From: Scenedesmus sp. PABB004
Lineage: Eukaryota
Length of the DNA: 64,000 nucleotides
Reading direction: 5' to 3'
NCBI GenBank assembly: GCA_014905635.1
Contig: JABVCE010000015.1
Span: forward strand, 744,001 to 808,000
In this document: positions 34,973 to 46,623 of the stretch, piece by piece
How positions within the stretch are numbered: position 1 is the stretch's first letter
Layout: each line of letters opens with the position of its first letter
Notes under the pieces: model-generated
Seen by the model: only the letters and a program-made list of their open reading frames with translations
Told to the model about the DNA's origin: nothing
The model's database searches: none
Position numbers and translations under genes: made by a program

Positions 34973-35660
34973 GCGGCGCCCGAGCCGCTCGCGCTGCCGG
35001 CGTACCGCAGCGGCGCCTACATCTACGCCGGCCTCGTCCTCGGCGGCGTCTGGGTGGTCGCCACCGTGCCCCTGCTCGCGCTCGCCGGCCTGGTCGCGGT
35101 CAACGTGCAGCGCAACCGCGGGCTGCCGGTGTTCATCCGGTACTTGCGGCGCTACCGCGGCTGGTGACCGCGGGCCTGTGCAGGGCAGGCGGCGCCTCTC
35201 GGGGCGTCTGGCCCGAGCTCGCCCGCGCGTGCCGCCGGTCACGCGGCGCCACCCCGATTGCGGCGGCGCCGGATCGCGGCGCGGGCCCGGCAGCTGCGTG
35301 GCGGATGCGGGGCGCGTTGGCGCTGGTGTCGCGAGCTAGCGCCGCGCCGCGCTGCGTCGGCCCACAACCCCGCGGCGGCGGCCCACAACCCTGCGCGCTC
35401 GGACCGTCTCGCCCGCCGCTCCCCGCCGCCCCACACAGCGCTCGGTTCGGGAACGCGCCCGGCTGCGGCCGCCCCGACCAGGCACCTTGCCCGAGTATTT
35501 CTCAACTGCAGCGCTCGCGGGCGGCGCGCCCAGGCGCCGCGGCCGCGCCCGCCCGGCGCGGACGAGCGCAGCGGAGCCCCGCCCAGGCGCCAGGCACTGC
35601 TGCGGCGGCATGGAGGCTCTGCTGGGACGGCTGCTGGGGGCGCTCGGCGGCAATGCGATG
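34973..35660 (+). pseudogene. Segmental duplication, copy 2: orphan last exon of the 2-TM gene plus a truncated LRR-gene start
   Basis: AAPEPLALPAYRSGAYIY...YRGW* lacks the upstream splice acceptor. ATG at 35610 gives MEALLGRLLGA (compare MEALLDRILGA) and then unrelated sequence. Confidence 0.8.
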
Positions 35661-36425
35661 CGCAGCGGCACCAGCTGGCGCGCCGGCCCGGCAGCGCTGG
35701 CCGCCGGTGTTGGCCGGCCACGCCGCCCGCGCTCTCGGCGCCCGTCCACGCGCAACGATCTTGGGAGCCGGCCGCGGCGCTGATGGAGTTGAAATGGCGG
35801 GGGCGCGGAGTTGAAATGGCGGACTGGTCCCCCGCGCGGTGCGCTGTGCAGCGCGCCGGCCGTCAGCGCTCGTCGAGAAGCGCCGCGAGCCCAGAAAACG
35901 CCTTTCGGCGCGGTTTCGGCGCCCATCGCCGCCAAGAATATAATCACCGCCGGCGAACCCGGCCGTAGCGGCGCCACCAAGGCCCCCGCAGGCCCGCGGC
36001 GCCTCTCCTGTGCTGCCTCTGCACGCTCGGGAGGGCCTCCGTCCGCACGGCACCCCGTCGCCAGCGCCTGGGCGCGCTGCCCGCCTCGCCACTGCGCGGG
36101 CCGCCCGTCCTCGAGCGCCCCGCATGGCCGGATCAGGGCGCCTGGCTTGGCCTGAACACCGTCGGTGAGGCGCCGCGGGGCCCCAAAGCGCGGGCGGCAC
36201 CGGGGAAGCAGCAGGGGATCCTGGAGATGGCCTTCGCGGCCCCCCTGCGCGCGCGGCGCCCCGGTTACCCTTGCAGCGCGCGCCATGCATCCCCCATAGA
36301 GCCTTGCACGCGTTGAGCACGGCGACGTGCCGCCCTGTGTCGCCTGAACGACGAGCGCAAGCCCACCGCCGCCGCGTTCGCCGCCGCCGGCCGCCCGCCC
36401 GCCGCGCAGGCCAAGGATCAGGTCC

Positions 36426-39400
36426 ATGGCCCGCCCGCCGCGGGCGCTGCTGGCTCTGGTGGCGGTGCTCCTGGTGGCGCGGGAGGCCTGCGCCGCGCGC
36501 CCCCCGCAGGGGCCGGCGAGCGCGCTGCAGGGCGGCGACGACGAGCCCGCGGCGCTCGGCGCGGCGGCCGCGCCGGCGGCGGCGTGCGCGGGCGGCGCCG
36601 GCACCGCGACACGCTGCGCCGCCAACTGCGCCGTGTGCCAGGCCGGCGCGGGGCTGGCGCCCAGGGACCGCCCCTGCCTCTGCTGCAAGGCGGGCTTTGC
36701 CGCCGACGCGCAGCGCGCCGGGCGCTGCCGGCCCTGCCCGCTGCGCTCGTACAGCGCCGCCCCCGGCGCCACGAGCTGCACGCGCTGCGCCGACGGCCTG
36801 ACCACGCTCAAGGCGGCGTCGACCGCGTGCGACGGTGAGCCAAGCCGCGCGCCGCGCCTGCCCGCGGCCACCGGCGCGCGCGCCCGCGCCGCCGAGCCGC
36901 GCGCGCGCGCGCTGTGGCTGTGGCGCGCGCGCGCCTCACGCGCCCGCCCGCCGCGCCGCCCTGCAGCCTGCCCGGCCGGCACCGAGCTGCGCCGCATCTG
37001 GCGGACGGTCAACGGCACGAGGGCGCGCGTCCCAGCCTGCCGCGCCTGCCCCGAGGGCGCCTCCTCGCCCGGCGGCGCCGTGAGCGCGGCGCCCGGCGCT
37101 CTCGCGCCGCGGTGCGCCGCCTGCCCCGCCGGCCGTACCACCCTCGGAAAGGACCGCAAGGCGTGCGGAGGTGCGGCGGCCTCCGGTGGGGCGGGCTCTG
37201 GCCCCGCCTCCTCCCGGGTCCGGCGCCGCCCACAGCGCGCGCCACCAACCCGGCCCGCCCTGCCGCGCCCCCCGGTCCTGCTACTTGCACGCAGCCTGCA
37301 AGCCGGGCTACGGCGGCGCCGCGTGTGCGCTGTGTGCGGCCAACACGTTCTCCACAGGCGGCGCGGCGGCGACGACCGCCTGCACGCCCTGCCCGACCAA
37401 CACCACCTCCAACCCGGGTGCCACCTCTCCGCTTCTATGCCTGCATGGTGGGCGGCTCATGCTGGCGCTGGCGGCCATTGCGCTGAGCTGCCGGCCTTGC
37501 TGCCAGGCCGTCGGCGCGCCCTGACGCTGCCCACCCTTGCCCTCTGCACCCGTGCGCCAGACGCCCCGCCCCAGGAGGTGCCCTCCCCCTCGCCCGTGCC
37601 CCTGTCGTCGCCCGCGCCGCCCAAGGCGCTGGTCGCGGAGCTCACCGTGCGCGCGAGCGGGCCCTGCAACGCCACGCTGCACGACGCGCTCGTGTCCGCC
37701 ACCGCCGCCGCGCTGGGCGGCACGGCGGAGGTCAAAAAGACTGGCTGCACCAACGTGAGCCGCGCGCCGGCCGCGCTCGGCCGTGCGCCGCGCGCCTCCT
37801 GCTGACGGCCCCGCCGCCGCCGCCCGGCCGCAGCGCTTAGCGAGGCGCAGCCGGGCGTCCAGCGCCACCAGCTCCGTGTACAGCATGCAGGTGCTGTCCA
37901 GTGACGCCGCCGCGCAGGTGCTGCGGACGCTCAACAGCCCTGCCTTTGAGCAGGTGCTGCAGACCGCCGCGGCGAGCCTCGGCGCCACCGTGACGGACGT
38001 CGGTGGGTGCTGCGCTGCCCCGCGCCGCTGGCGGTGGCGCTTGCTGGCAAGCATACCCCCCTGCCGCCACCGAGCCGGCACCCGTGCTCTACCGCAGGCG
38101 CGGCAAGCCCGTCCACGGGCGGGCCCAGCTCCCCCAGTCCCGCGCCGGTCAGCAGCCCCTCCCCGGCCCCCGGCGGCGGCTCCGGCGGCGGCTTTGGCGG
38201 CGACGGCACCGGCGGCGGCGGCTCCGGCGGCGGCGGCACCGGCGGCGGCACCGGCGGCGGCTCCACCGGGGGAGGCGGCGGCAGCAGCACGCCCGTCACT
38301 CCTTCAACATGCTCCTCCTTCACCTGCACCAGCGGCGTGCCGATTGCCAATGGGAGCACTGTGGGCGCCGACGCCGCGACCTGCTGCGTGAGTGTGCCGG
38401 CGTGCGCGGCGTGGCCTGCCGCCTGCCACCCGCCGCTTGCCGCCTGCCTCCTGCCGCCTGCCGCGTGTGCTGACCTCGCTGCCCGCCGCCCGCAGCTCAC
38501 CTGCTCCTCTGTCACGTGCGCCAGCCCTCGCGGCGGCACGCTGGCCATAGACGTGCCACCCTCGTTTGCAACGTGCTGCGTGAGTCAACTGCGGCGGCCG
38601 CCGGGCAGCGCAGGCGGCAAGCGGCGGGTGCTCCACTCGCAGGCGGCCTCTGGCCATGCGCGTGAGGCCGGCACCGCGCGCCGGCCGCGCGCTCTCCCTT
38701 CACATCTGCCCCGCTGCTGCCGCCGTGCGCCCGCAGAACGCCTGCGCCGCGGTCAACTGCGGCGGCCTCCCCGCGAGGTCGCCCCCGCCGCAGCTGGGCA
38801 GCGCCGCCGACGCGACCAAGGAGCTGTGCTGCCAGACGCCCGTGGTGCAGCAGCCGGTCGTCAACGTCGGCCTGCCCATCTCCGCCGGGAAGACCTGCGC
38901 CGACGTCTCCGCCGACGACGCCGACGCGCTCGCCGAGCAGCTGAAGGGGCAGCTCACGCAGGGCCTGAGCGCGGTCGCGGCCAGCAAGATTGTGGTCGCG
39001 CCCGGCACCTGCAGCGCCGCCCGCCGGCGCCGCCTGCTGGCCGCAACCTACACGTTCACTCTGACCACACTCTCCGGCCTCGACACGGACCAGACCGCCG
39101 CGGCGGCCGCGGCGCTGGCCGAGGCGCTCGGCATCGGCGGGCTGGGCGGGCAGAGTCTGGATGACATTGTTTTCCTCATCAACGAGGCCCTGGACAGCAC
39201 GCCCGACGTCGTGTCCACAATCCAGCAGGCCGTTACCGACGCCATTGCCAACGTCCCTAGCCTATCGGGCAACCTCGGATCCACGCCCGCCATCGAGGGT
39301 GCGCGGCCGGTGGGGCTCGGCGGCGCGCGTGGAGGGCGCCGGCCGCGGCCGCTCATGCCGCCGCCCGCCCGCCTGCCCCGCAGTCGTCAAGGTCGCGCGC

Positions 39401-42400
39401 TGCGACTCGCTGCCGGCCGCGAGCGACGGCACGTGGTCCGGCCCAGCCGAGTGCGGCGGCGCGCTCGCGGGGGACAAGTGCGAAGCGACCTGCACGAGCG
39501 GCTTCGGCAAGCGCTCTGCCACCTGCGGCGCCGCCGGCGCGTGGGCCCTGGATGCCGCCGTCTGCGCTGCGCCCCCGGCCACCGAGCGTGAGCGGCGCTT
39601 GCGTGCGCAGGCGGTGCTGCCGCGCCGCGCACGCTTGCGCGCTCACGCTCGCGCGGCCGCGGCTAACCTCTCGCCCCTTCCCCCAACCCGCAGTCGCCTG
39701 CACGGGCGTCCCTGGCGTCAACGTGAGCAACGCCGCGTGGCCTGCGAGCTGCACCAACCGGACCACCTGCGCCGCCACCTGCGCAGCAAACTTCAAGGGC
39801 AGCGTGTCGGCGCAGTGCAACAAGCTCACCGGCGCCTGGACGGCGCCGACCGGCGCCTGCACCCGCAGTGAGCGCGTGCGCGCCCGCACGCGCTTTACAC
39901 CACGTCGGTTGGCCGCCCACCGCGCCCGCCCCGCCCGCCGCGCGCGCCGCCCGCCGCAGTCGCCTGCCCGCTGCCGCCGCCAGACGCGGCCGACGCAAAG
40001 TGGCCCCTCCTCTGCCCCAACGGCGTGGGTGCGGTCTGCAACGCGACCTGCGTGGGCGAGATCGCTGACACGCCGCCCGCCGTGCGCTGCGATCGCGTCG
40101 CCGGCACCGACACGGCGGCCTGGGTCGTCACGGAGAACGGGACCTGCTCCGGGACGTACCCCACCAGCGCCACGTGCACCAACACGCAGGGCAGCACCAG
40201 TGCCCCGTACGTGCGCGTCGCGTGCCCCCCCCGGCACCGCCCAGGACCCGGCCCTGGTCAACTCATTGATTGCAACCTTGAACGTCACGGCCGCCAGGGA
40301 CGCGTGCTGCATCGCGGTGCGGCCACGCGGGGCGCCTGCACCACCGCCGCCGCGCGTTCTGCCTGCACCGCGCGCCGCCTCACCGCGCGCGCCCGCTGCC
40401 CCGCCACGGCCACGCGCAGCTCTACGCCAACGGCACCACCTGCGACGAGTCGAGCCCGGGCGTGGCAATCTCAGCCATGAATTGCTTACAGTTTGGTGGC
40501 TGGCGGGTGGGTGCACGGGCTGCACAGCTGGCTCAGCTCTGCCGCCGCAAGGGCGCGAGCGTCGGCACCTGCGCACCGAGCACTGCGGTCTGCCTGCCGC
40601 CTCCATGCGCAGGACAAGGCCTCCCGGAACACCACCTCGCTCGCGGGGCGCGTGCCCGGCTCCATCGACGTGCGCAACGCCTGCTGCGAGCAGACCTTCC
40701 AGTATGGCGCAACGTGCGGCAGCCGGGACACGCTCGGGACGGCATTCCAGTGGTGCGCGCCGCGCCGCGCCGTGCTGCGCCGCGCCGCGCCGTGCTGCGC
40801 CGCAATGGCCCGTGCTGCAGCGGCCTGGGGCGCCGGAGGCCGGTGCCGTCAACCCCCTCTCCCCTTCCCTCCCCCGCCGCGCGCAGCGCCACCGCCTCGC
40901 AGCCCAACTGGGCGGCCAATTCTGATTCTACTGTTCTCTCTACATCAATCAGCGGTCGGTCCGTCGCCGAGGCCAGAGTGATCTGCTGCAACCCGGTGCG
41001 CAGCAGCGCCCGCGTGCGCGCGCGCGCGCCGGCGCCGCCCGGTCGGCCGGCCCGCCGCAGCGCGCGCCCACCCCGCGCGTCGCCTCCGCCGCCGCCGCCG
41101 CCGGCAGATCTTTCCCGCAAACGCGACCTGCACCGACACCAACGGCGCCGCTGCGGGCGCCCCCGCGTTCACGGGCTGCACCGGCACCACCAGCTGGGAG
41201 CCCGACTCGCTCTACACCGGCGCAGCCAACAACAGCATCGCTCGCATGGTCACGACAGACCCCGCCGTCGTGGACATCTGCTGCACGGTGCGGCGCCGCG
41301 CCGGGGCAGGCGCGCCGCCGCCCAGGCCGCGCTGGCCGGAAAAGGCGCGCCGCCGCGCGCGCTCGCGGGCTCGAGCCCACGCCACGCTCCCCCGCGCGCG
41401 TGCGCGCAGGGCTACACGGCCGGCGCGACGTGCGGGACCAGGGAAGACAGCAGCGTCCGCGACAACGACGCATTCTGTGAGCGAGCGGGGCTGCGCCCTG
41501 GCTCATTAGGGCTCAGCGCGCGCGGGCCGGGCAGCTGCTGACGCGCGGCCCGCCCGCCCGCCCTCTGCCGCGCAGGCCTGGGCACGAACAAGGGCTGGGG
41601 CGGCGCCGCCGTTGCCAACGTCGCCATCGCCGGCAGGAACGTGGCGCAGGCCCGCCCGCTCTGCTGCACCGTCGTGGTGCGCGCCCGCGGGCCGCCGCGC
41701 CGCGCCGTGCCGCGGCGAGGCAAGCCGGTCGCGCCGGCCCGCGGGCCCAGGCGAAGCCTGAGCCGACGCCGCTCGCCGCCGCCGCCGTCCACGCGGCGCA
41801 GCTTAACCTCTATGCTGCGGGCACCACGTGCGGCTCTGCCGGCGTCGGCATGGCCGCGCTGTGCGGCGGCTCCCTGAGCGACATCAGGAATGCCACCAGC
41901 ATCGCCGGCCTGCCAGTCGGCGGCACAGAGGCCAAGAACGCTTGCTGCACGGTGGTGCGTAGCGGCGCGGCGGCGCGGCGCGGCGCCGCACGGCGCGGCG
42001 AGGCCCCGCTCTGGCTCGCGGCGCTCACGGCCGCGCGCCGCCGTGCCCGCGCCCGCGCGCGCCCGCAGCGCACCACCGCAAGTATCAAGGTCTCTGCACT
42101 GCCCGACTTCAGCGACGCCGCCGGCACGCCCAGCGCCGCGGCCTACGCGAGCCTGCCGGACAAGGCCTGGTACCGTGCGCCCTGGGAGCGGTTCGGCACG
42201 CCCACGGTCGACCCCACCGCCTTCGCCGGCGTCACGCCGGTCGCGCTCGCGGACGAGCGCGGGCGGGCGTTTGCCAACAGCCTGACCACGTTTGCGGTCG
42301 GCGCCAACACCACCGACGCGCCGATCGTGGGCGGCGTGCGCCTGAAGGGCGCGCTGCAGGTCACGTCAGGCGGCGGCCCGCCGCCAGCGGCAGGGCACGA

Positions 42401-43349
42401 CGTCGTCGGCGCGAGCATCACCTTTGCCGGCCGCGACCACGCCGAGCGCAACCTCGTGCCGGGGCTGTTTGGGCGCTGGGCGGACACGTTCTTCAACAAC
42501 ACCGTCATTGAGTGGAGCTGGTTCCGCGCGAGCACCGCCGGCCGCGCGCCAGCGGACGGCGCCTGCCCCGCCACCTTCACCGACGACGCTGCCAGCCTCG
42601 GGCCGGCGCTGGAGGTGGTGGTGCTGCGGCCCGACGCGCTGCCCGCGGCGCGCGTGAAGGGGCCGTATGCGGTGCTGCGCTTTGAGGCCGCGCGGCGCGC
42701 GATCGACGTGTCACGAAACAACGCGGACCCGGTGACCAACGAGGTGCGGCGGGGGGCCTGTGGCTGCTGACGGCGCAGTGTTGGCGCCCGCCCGCTCGCC
42801 GCGCGCCGCCCGCAGCGCGCGGGCGCTGTGGTCGCGGCCGCCGCCGCCGCCGCCTGCCCACGCCCGCCGTCGCCGCCGCCGCCGCCGCCGCCGCCCGGCG
42901 CCGCGCAGTGGGTAACTGACACCATCGACCTCAGCGCCGACAACACCTTCAACGTCCGCCTGGTCGAGCACGTGGACAGCACCGGCAACAACGAGAAATC
43001 CACCTACGACACCAAATTCGCGCAGTACACGCGCAGCGCGACCCCCGGCGGCGCGGACGAGGTCCACGATGCCTTTGACTGGGGGGCCGGCACCTACGAC
43101 CCGCTCGTCACATGGATGAGACCCATCACCTTTTTTTGACTCACAGTACCGGCACGTCCTCGACTTCATGCCGGCTGCCGTCGTGCACGAGAGTGAGCGC
43201 CGCCGCGCCGAGGGGGCGGCTGCGCGGCGGCCCCGGGCGGCGACGCTGGCCGCGACGTGTGGGCTGGCCGGCAGCGCGCCGCGCGGCGGCCGGCGCGAGC
43301 GGCGCGCGCGCTCACGCCCCGGTCCTCTCCCTCCCTCTCTCTCCCTCTC

Positions 43350-43400
<51 letters not shown>

Positions 43401-44805
43401 CCGCCGCGCAGTCCGCCTCGTCAACGCGGGCAGCGCCGTGTCGTACTTTGGCCACGTGACCGTCAAGGACACGAGCGGCCCCCGCGCCTGGACCTGGACG
43501 TTCGACTCGCCCGACGCGGTCAGCCCTGCCGGCGCGACGTGCGCCGGCTTTGCCGCGTCGTGCGCCGCGGGCACGTCGCTTGTGCCGGCCAACTCGGCCA
43601 CGTCCATTGCTGGCATGACCACGGCCGGCGCGCGGCGGGTGTGCTGCACGCCGCTGTCCATTAGCGTGTCAAAGCCTAATCCTCGAAAGGGAGAGACCAT
43701 CGCCGTGACCGTGCGCGCGCCCGCGGGCACCGCCGTCGCCCTGGCCGTCGACGCCAAGTGCAACCAGCCGGCGGCGGGCGGCTTCACCTGCTCGCCCGCG
43801 ACTGCGGCCGCCAACGCGGCCGGCGTGGCGACCTTCAGCTGCTCTGCCGCCGAGACGCTCGCGGCAGGCAGCTTCACAGCGACCGTGCCCGGCGAAGCGC
43901 CAGTGATTTCGCAGCTGGTCGTCGCGGTCGACGTGTGCGGCGTGGCCGCCGCGCCGCAGCTGCTGTTTGGCCAGGGCTTTGAGTTCAACCGCTCCTCCAC
44001 GTTTATGAACTGCAATGGCTGCACTACCAGCGACTGGTTCGACGTCATCGGGGCCAGCTTCCAGGCGGGGACTGCGCTGCAGGGCACGGTCGGCGTCGGC
44101 ATGCCAGCAAACGACGTTCAAGCTGGCTGGTACCTGGGTGTGGTCGATGGCGCCCGCGACGTGGCCTGGGCCAACGAGGACAACCGGTTCGCCGACCCCC
44201 CAATCGCCGCGTTCCCGGCCGGCAACGCCTCCCTGGTCAGCCAGGTCGCGGTGCGGCTGCCCGCGCTGGACGCCTCCAACCTCGGCAGCCAGTTCTTCGT
44301 CGGCGCCGACCTGGGCAGCACGCCAAACGCCACGGCCAACAACGCGGTCTCCTCGCTCAGCGCCTACATGTTTTTGATCGACTTCGCCTGCGACGACGAC
44401 CCCGGAACGTCGGACAAGTGCGACAACGGCAATCAGCGCTACGTCGTGTCGACCATGCTGAACCCAGATCTTGGGGGCTCCGTCACGGCCGACTCGGGAG
44501 ACAACCCCCTCACGCTCAACGCCACCGGCGACACCTGGCTCTACCTGCAGCACCGCCTGCGCCGCGCGCCCTGCGCCGCGCCCGACGCGGCCGAGACGTG
44601 CGTGGGCGTCGAGATGCGCATCTTCAACGCCGGCGTCGGCGGCGCTTGCCCCGCCGCCGCGGCGCCGCTGCGCACGTGGACCTACACCGCGCCCGACCGC
44701 GCGAGCGCCGTGTCGGGCGTGCGCGGTGTGCGCCTGACGAGGGGCAACTTCCAGACCATCGTTTACTTTGATGCTCACTCTTACGCCCTCATCCCGCCGT
44801 CCTAA
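36426..44805 (+). CDS. Giant secreted Cys-rich modular protein, paralogue A (two apparent +1 frameshifts)
   Basis: Signal peptide MARPPRALLALVAVLLVAREACA; CxxC-rich TNFR/GCC2_GCC3-like repeats; Ser-Pro and Gly hinges; RRLL-containing domain; Sushi/CCP-like modules; 4-Cys (C..C..CC) modules; beta-rich domains. About 20 GT-AG introns. TAA at 44803-44805. Collinear with 46624-55494. Confidence 0.8.
43325..43398. repeat. (CT)n microsatellite in the last intron of paralogue A
   Basis: Directly visible. Confidence 0.95.
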
Positions 44806-45555
44806 GCCGCGCCGCACCTGGCGCGCGACCAGCGGCCGGGCGCTGCGGGGCAGCGGCGCGCGTGCCGGCCGGCGCTGGCCACCGGGGGAGGGAGGCGGGA
44901 CGGGACGCCGGGGCCAGGTGGCGGGGGCTGGGTCGTCGTATCTCCAACCAGCACCTCACGCTTCGCGCGGCTGCTGCACGTGTTGACTGCACGGGGCCAC
45001 CGCGGCACTCCCTCCTCATAACTTGCTCGCCTGGGCTCCCTCATCGGCGCATGCCCCACGGGTGCGCGGGCAAACGGCTTGGGCATCGGGGCCTGCCAGC
45101 GCGTGCTGGCGCCTGTCCGGGGGGGGGGGGGGCGTCGGGGCGTCGCGCACTTGAGGACGGTCGGGCCGGCGCTCCAGCTCGCTTTGAACCCAGCTCTGTC
45201 TGGATCGCAAGCAAAGAACACGTCACGCCTCAACAAACGGCGGGGTTCTGACGAGATATGTGGGCTCTGGGGAGTTGGGGAAGTTTGGAAGTCTGGGCGC
45301 TGGGCGCTGGGCGCTGGTACGGCTACGTATGTGTGTGGCTGGGGCATTTCACAGATGCGGGTCTGCTGGGTCTGCCTGTTTGCGCTTGCGACATGTCATC
45401 TGCACACACGCACAAACGCATGGGCGCATGCGCGTGCCCTGCCAGCACCGCTCCGCGCGGTCCGCTGCGGTTCGCGTTCGCACACCGCCACGACTTCTCA
45501 TGAAAACTGCTGTCTGTTGACGCCTGCATGCGGGGGCCGCGTGTGGGTGCATTGA

Positions 45556-45560
45556 TGTAA
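45556..45560 (+). promoter_or_regulatory. TGTAA polyadenylation signal, probably for paralogue A
   Basis: TGTAA at the end of a lower-GC, 3'-UTR-like tract ~750 nt after the stop. Confidence 0.55.
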
Positions 45561-46623
45561 GCAGCAACTGCAACACCGACAACTGCGACAACCTTGCACG
45601 CACCAACGCCACCGGCCTGCGCCGCGCCCCGCGCGCTGCGCGTCGCGCAAACGGCGGCGCACGCGCGGCGGCCGGGCCGGCCTGGCGGCGCCCCAGCGCG
45701 CGCGTCGGCATCAGCCAGGCGCGCCGGAAGGCGCGTGCGCGCCCCCGCACCGCGGCGGCGCCGGCGCGAGCGCCGCTGCGCGCGGCGTTGGGCCCCCGCC
45801 CCGCCCGCGCGCCGGCAGCGCTGATCGTGCCGCCCAGGAATGAGGGTTGATGCCGATTGAACTGTTCGGCGTGCTCTCGGGCCAGAAGCCGCCTCCAGCG
45901 CGCGGGAGGGCCTTGTGACAGTCGCACGCGGCCCGCCCCGTCACGCGGAAGGCGTGCGCGCTGCGTCGCCCCTCAAAACCGCTCCCGACACGCTGCCGCG
46001 CCATTCTATGCGCTCCCTCGAGGCACAGGCACTGCCCACTGTGAGCTCCGACACCTGGTGCGCGCCGCGCGGCCGCGCAGGGCGACGTGCGCGACGCCGC
46101 GGCGCGCTGATGCGCTGAGCGTGCTGCCCGCCGCGGTCTGCGCCACGCAGAGCTGCCACCGCGCCTTGAGCTGGGCCCGCGCCCAACAGTTTTTTCTCGG
46201 TGAGCGCGCTGCCGGCGCGTGCGGGGGGCGCGGCATCGCAGCGGCACGCCGACGAGCCTCCCAGGCCTCTATGCTACCTGCGGGGCACGCGCGCGGGTCG
46301 GCACGGCGGCCAGCGGCGGCGGGGCGGAAGCCGGGATGCGCAGCGCGCCCAGCCCCCGCGCGCGCAGCGCGCGGCGCGGCCGGTCGGCGGTGGCTCTGCG
46401 CCACAAACTGCCTTTTGTGTGGCGTGCGTGTGCCTGGGGCGCCAAACGTGCCGGTCACCAGCGCACCAGCGACAGCGCGTGGCGCCGCCCAGCCACAGCC
46501 TGCACCGCACCGCACCGCGCCCGCCGCTTTAACCTGGCCCACAACCTGCCCCACCCGCATCGGCCGCCCACACGCAGGCGCCACGCGCCGCGAGCGCCGA
46601 CTGCGACAAGAAGCCACGCCGCC

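Noticed and set aside
34109..35167. ORF ending in the duplicated TM exon, and the opposite-strand ORF 34402-34968
   Set aside because: The upstream parts are low-complexity with no recognisable domain or consistent splice pattern. Only the duplicated exon is clearly gene-derived.
41470..41485. Apparent TGA near Cys codons in the Cys-rich genes (also ~51627), suggesting selenocysteine
   Set aside because: The TGA is part of a GTGAGC intron donor. Splicing T|GC restores an ordinary Cys codon in both paralogues.
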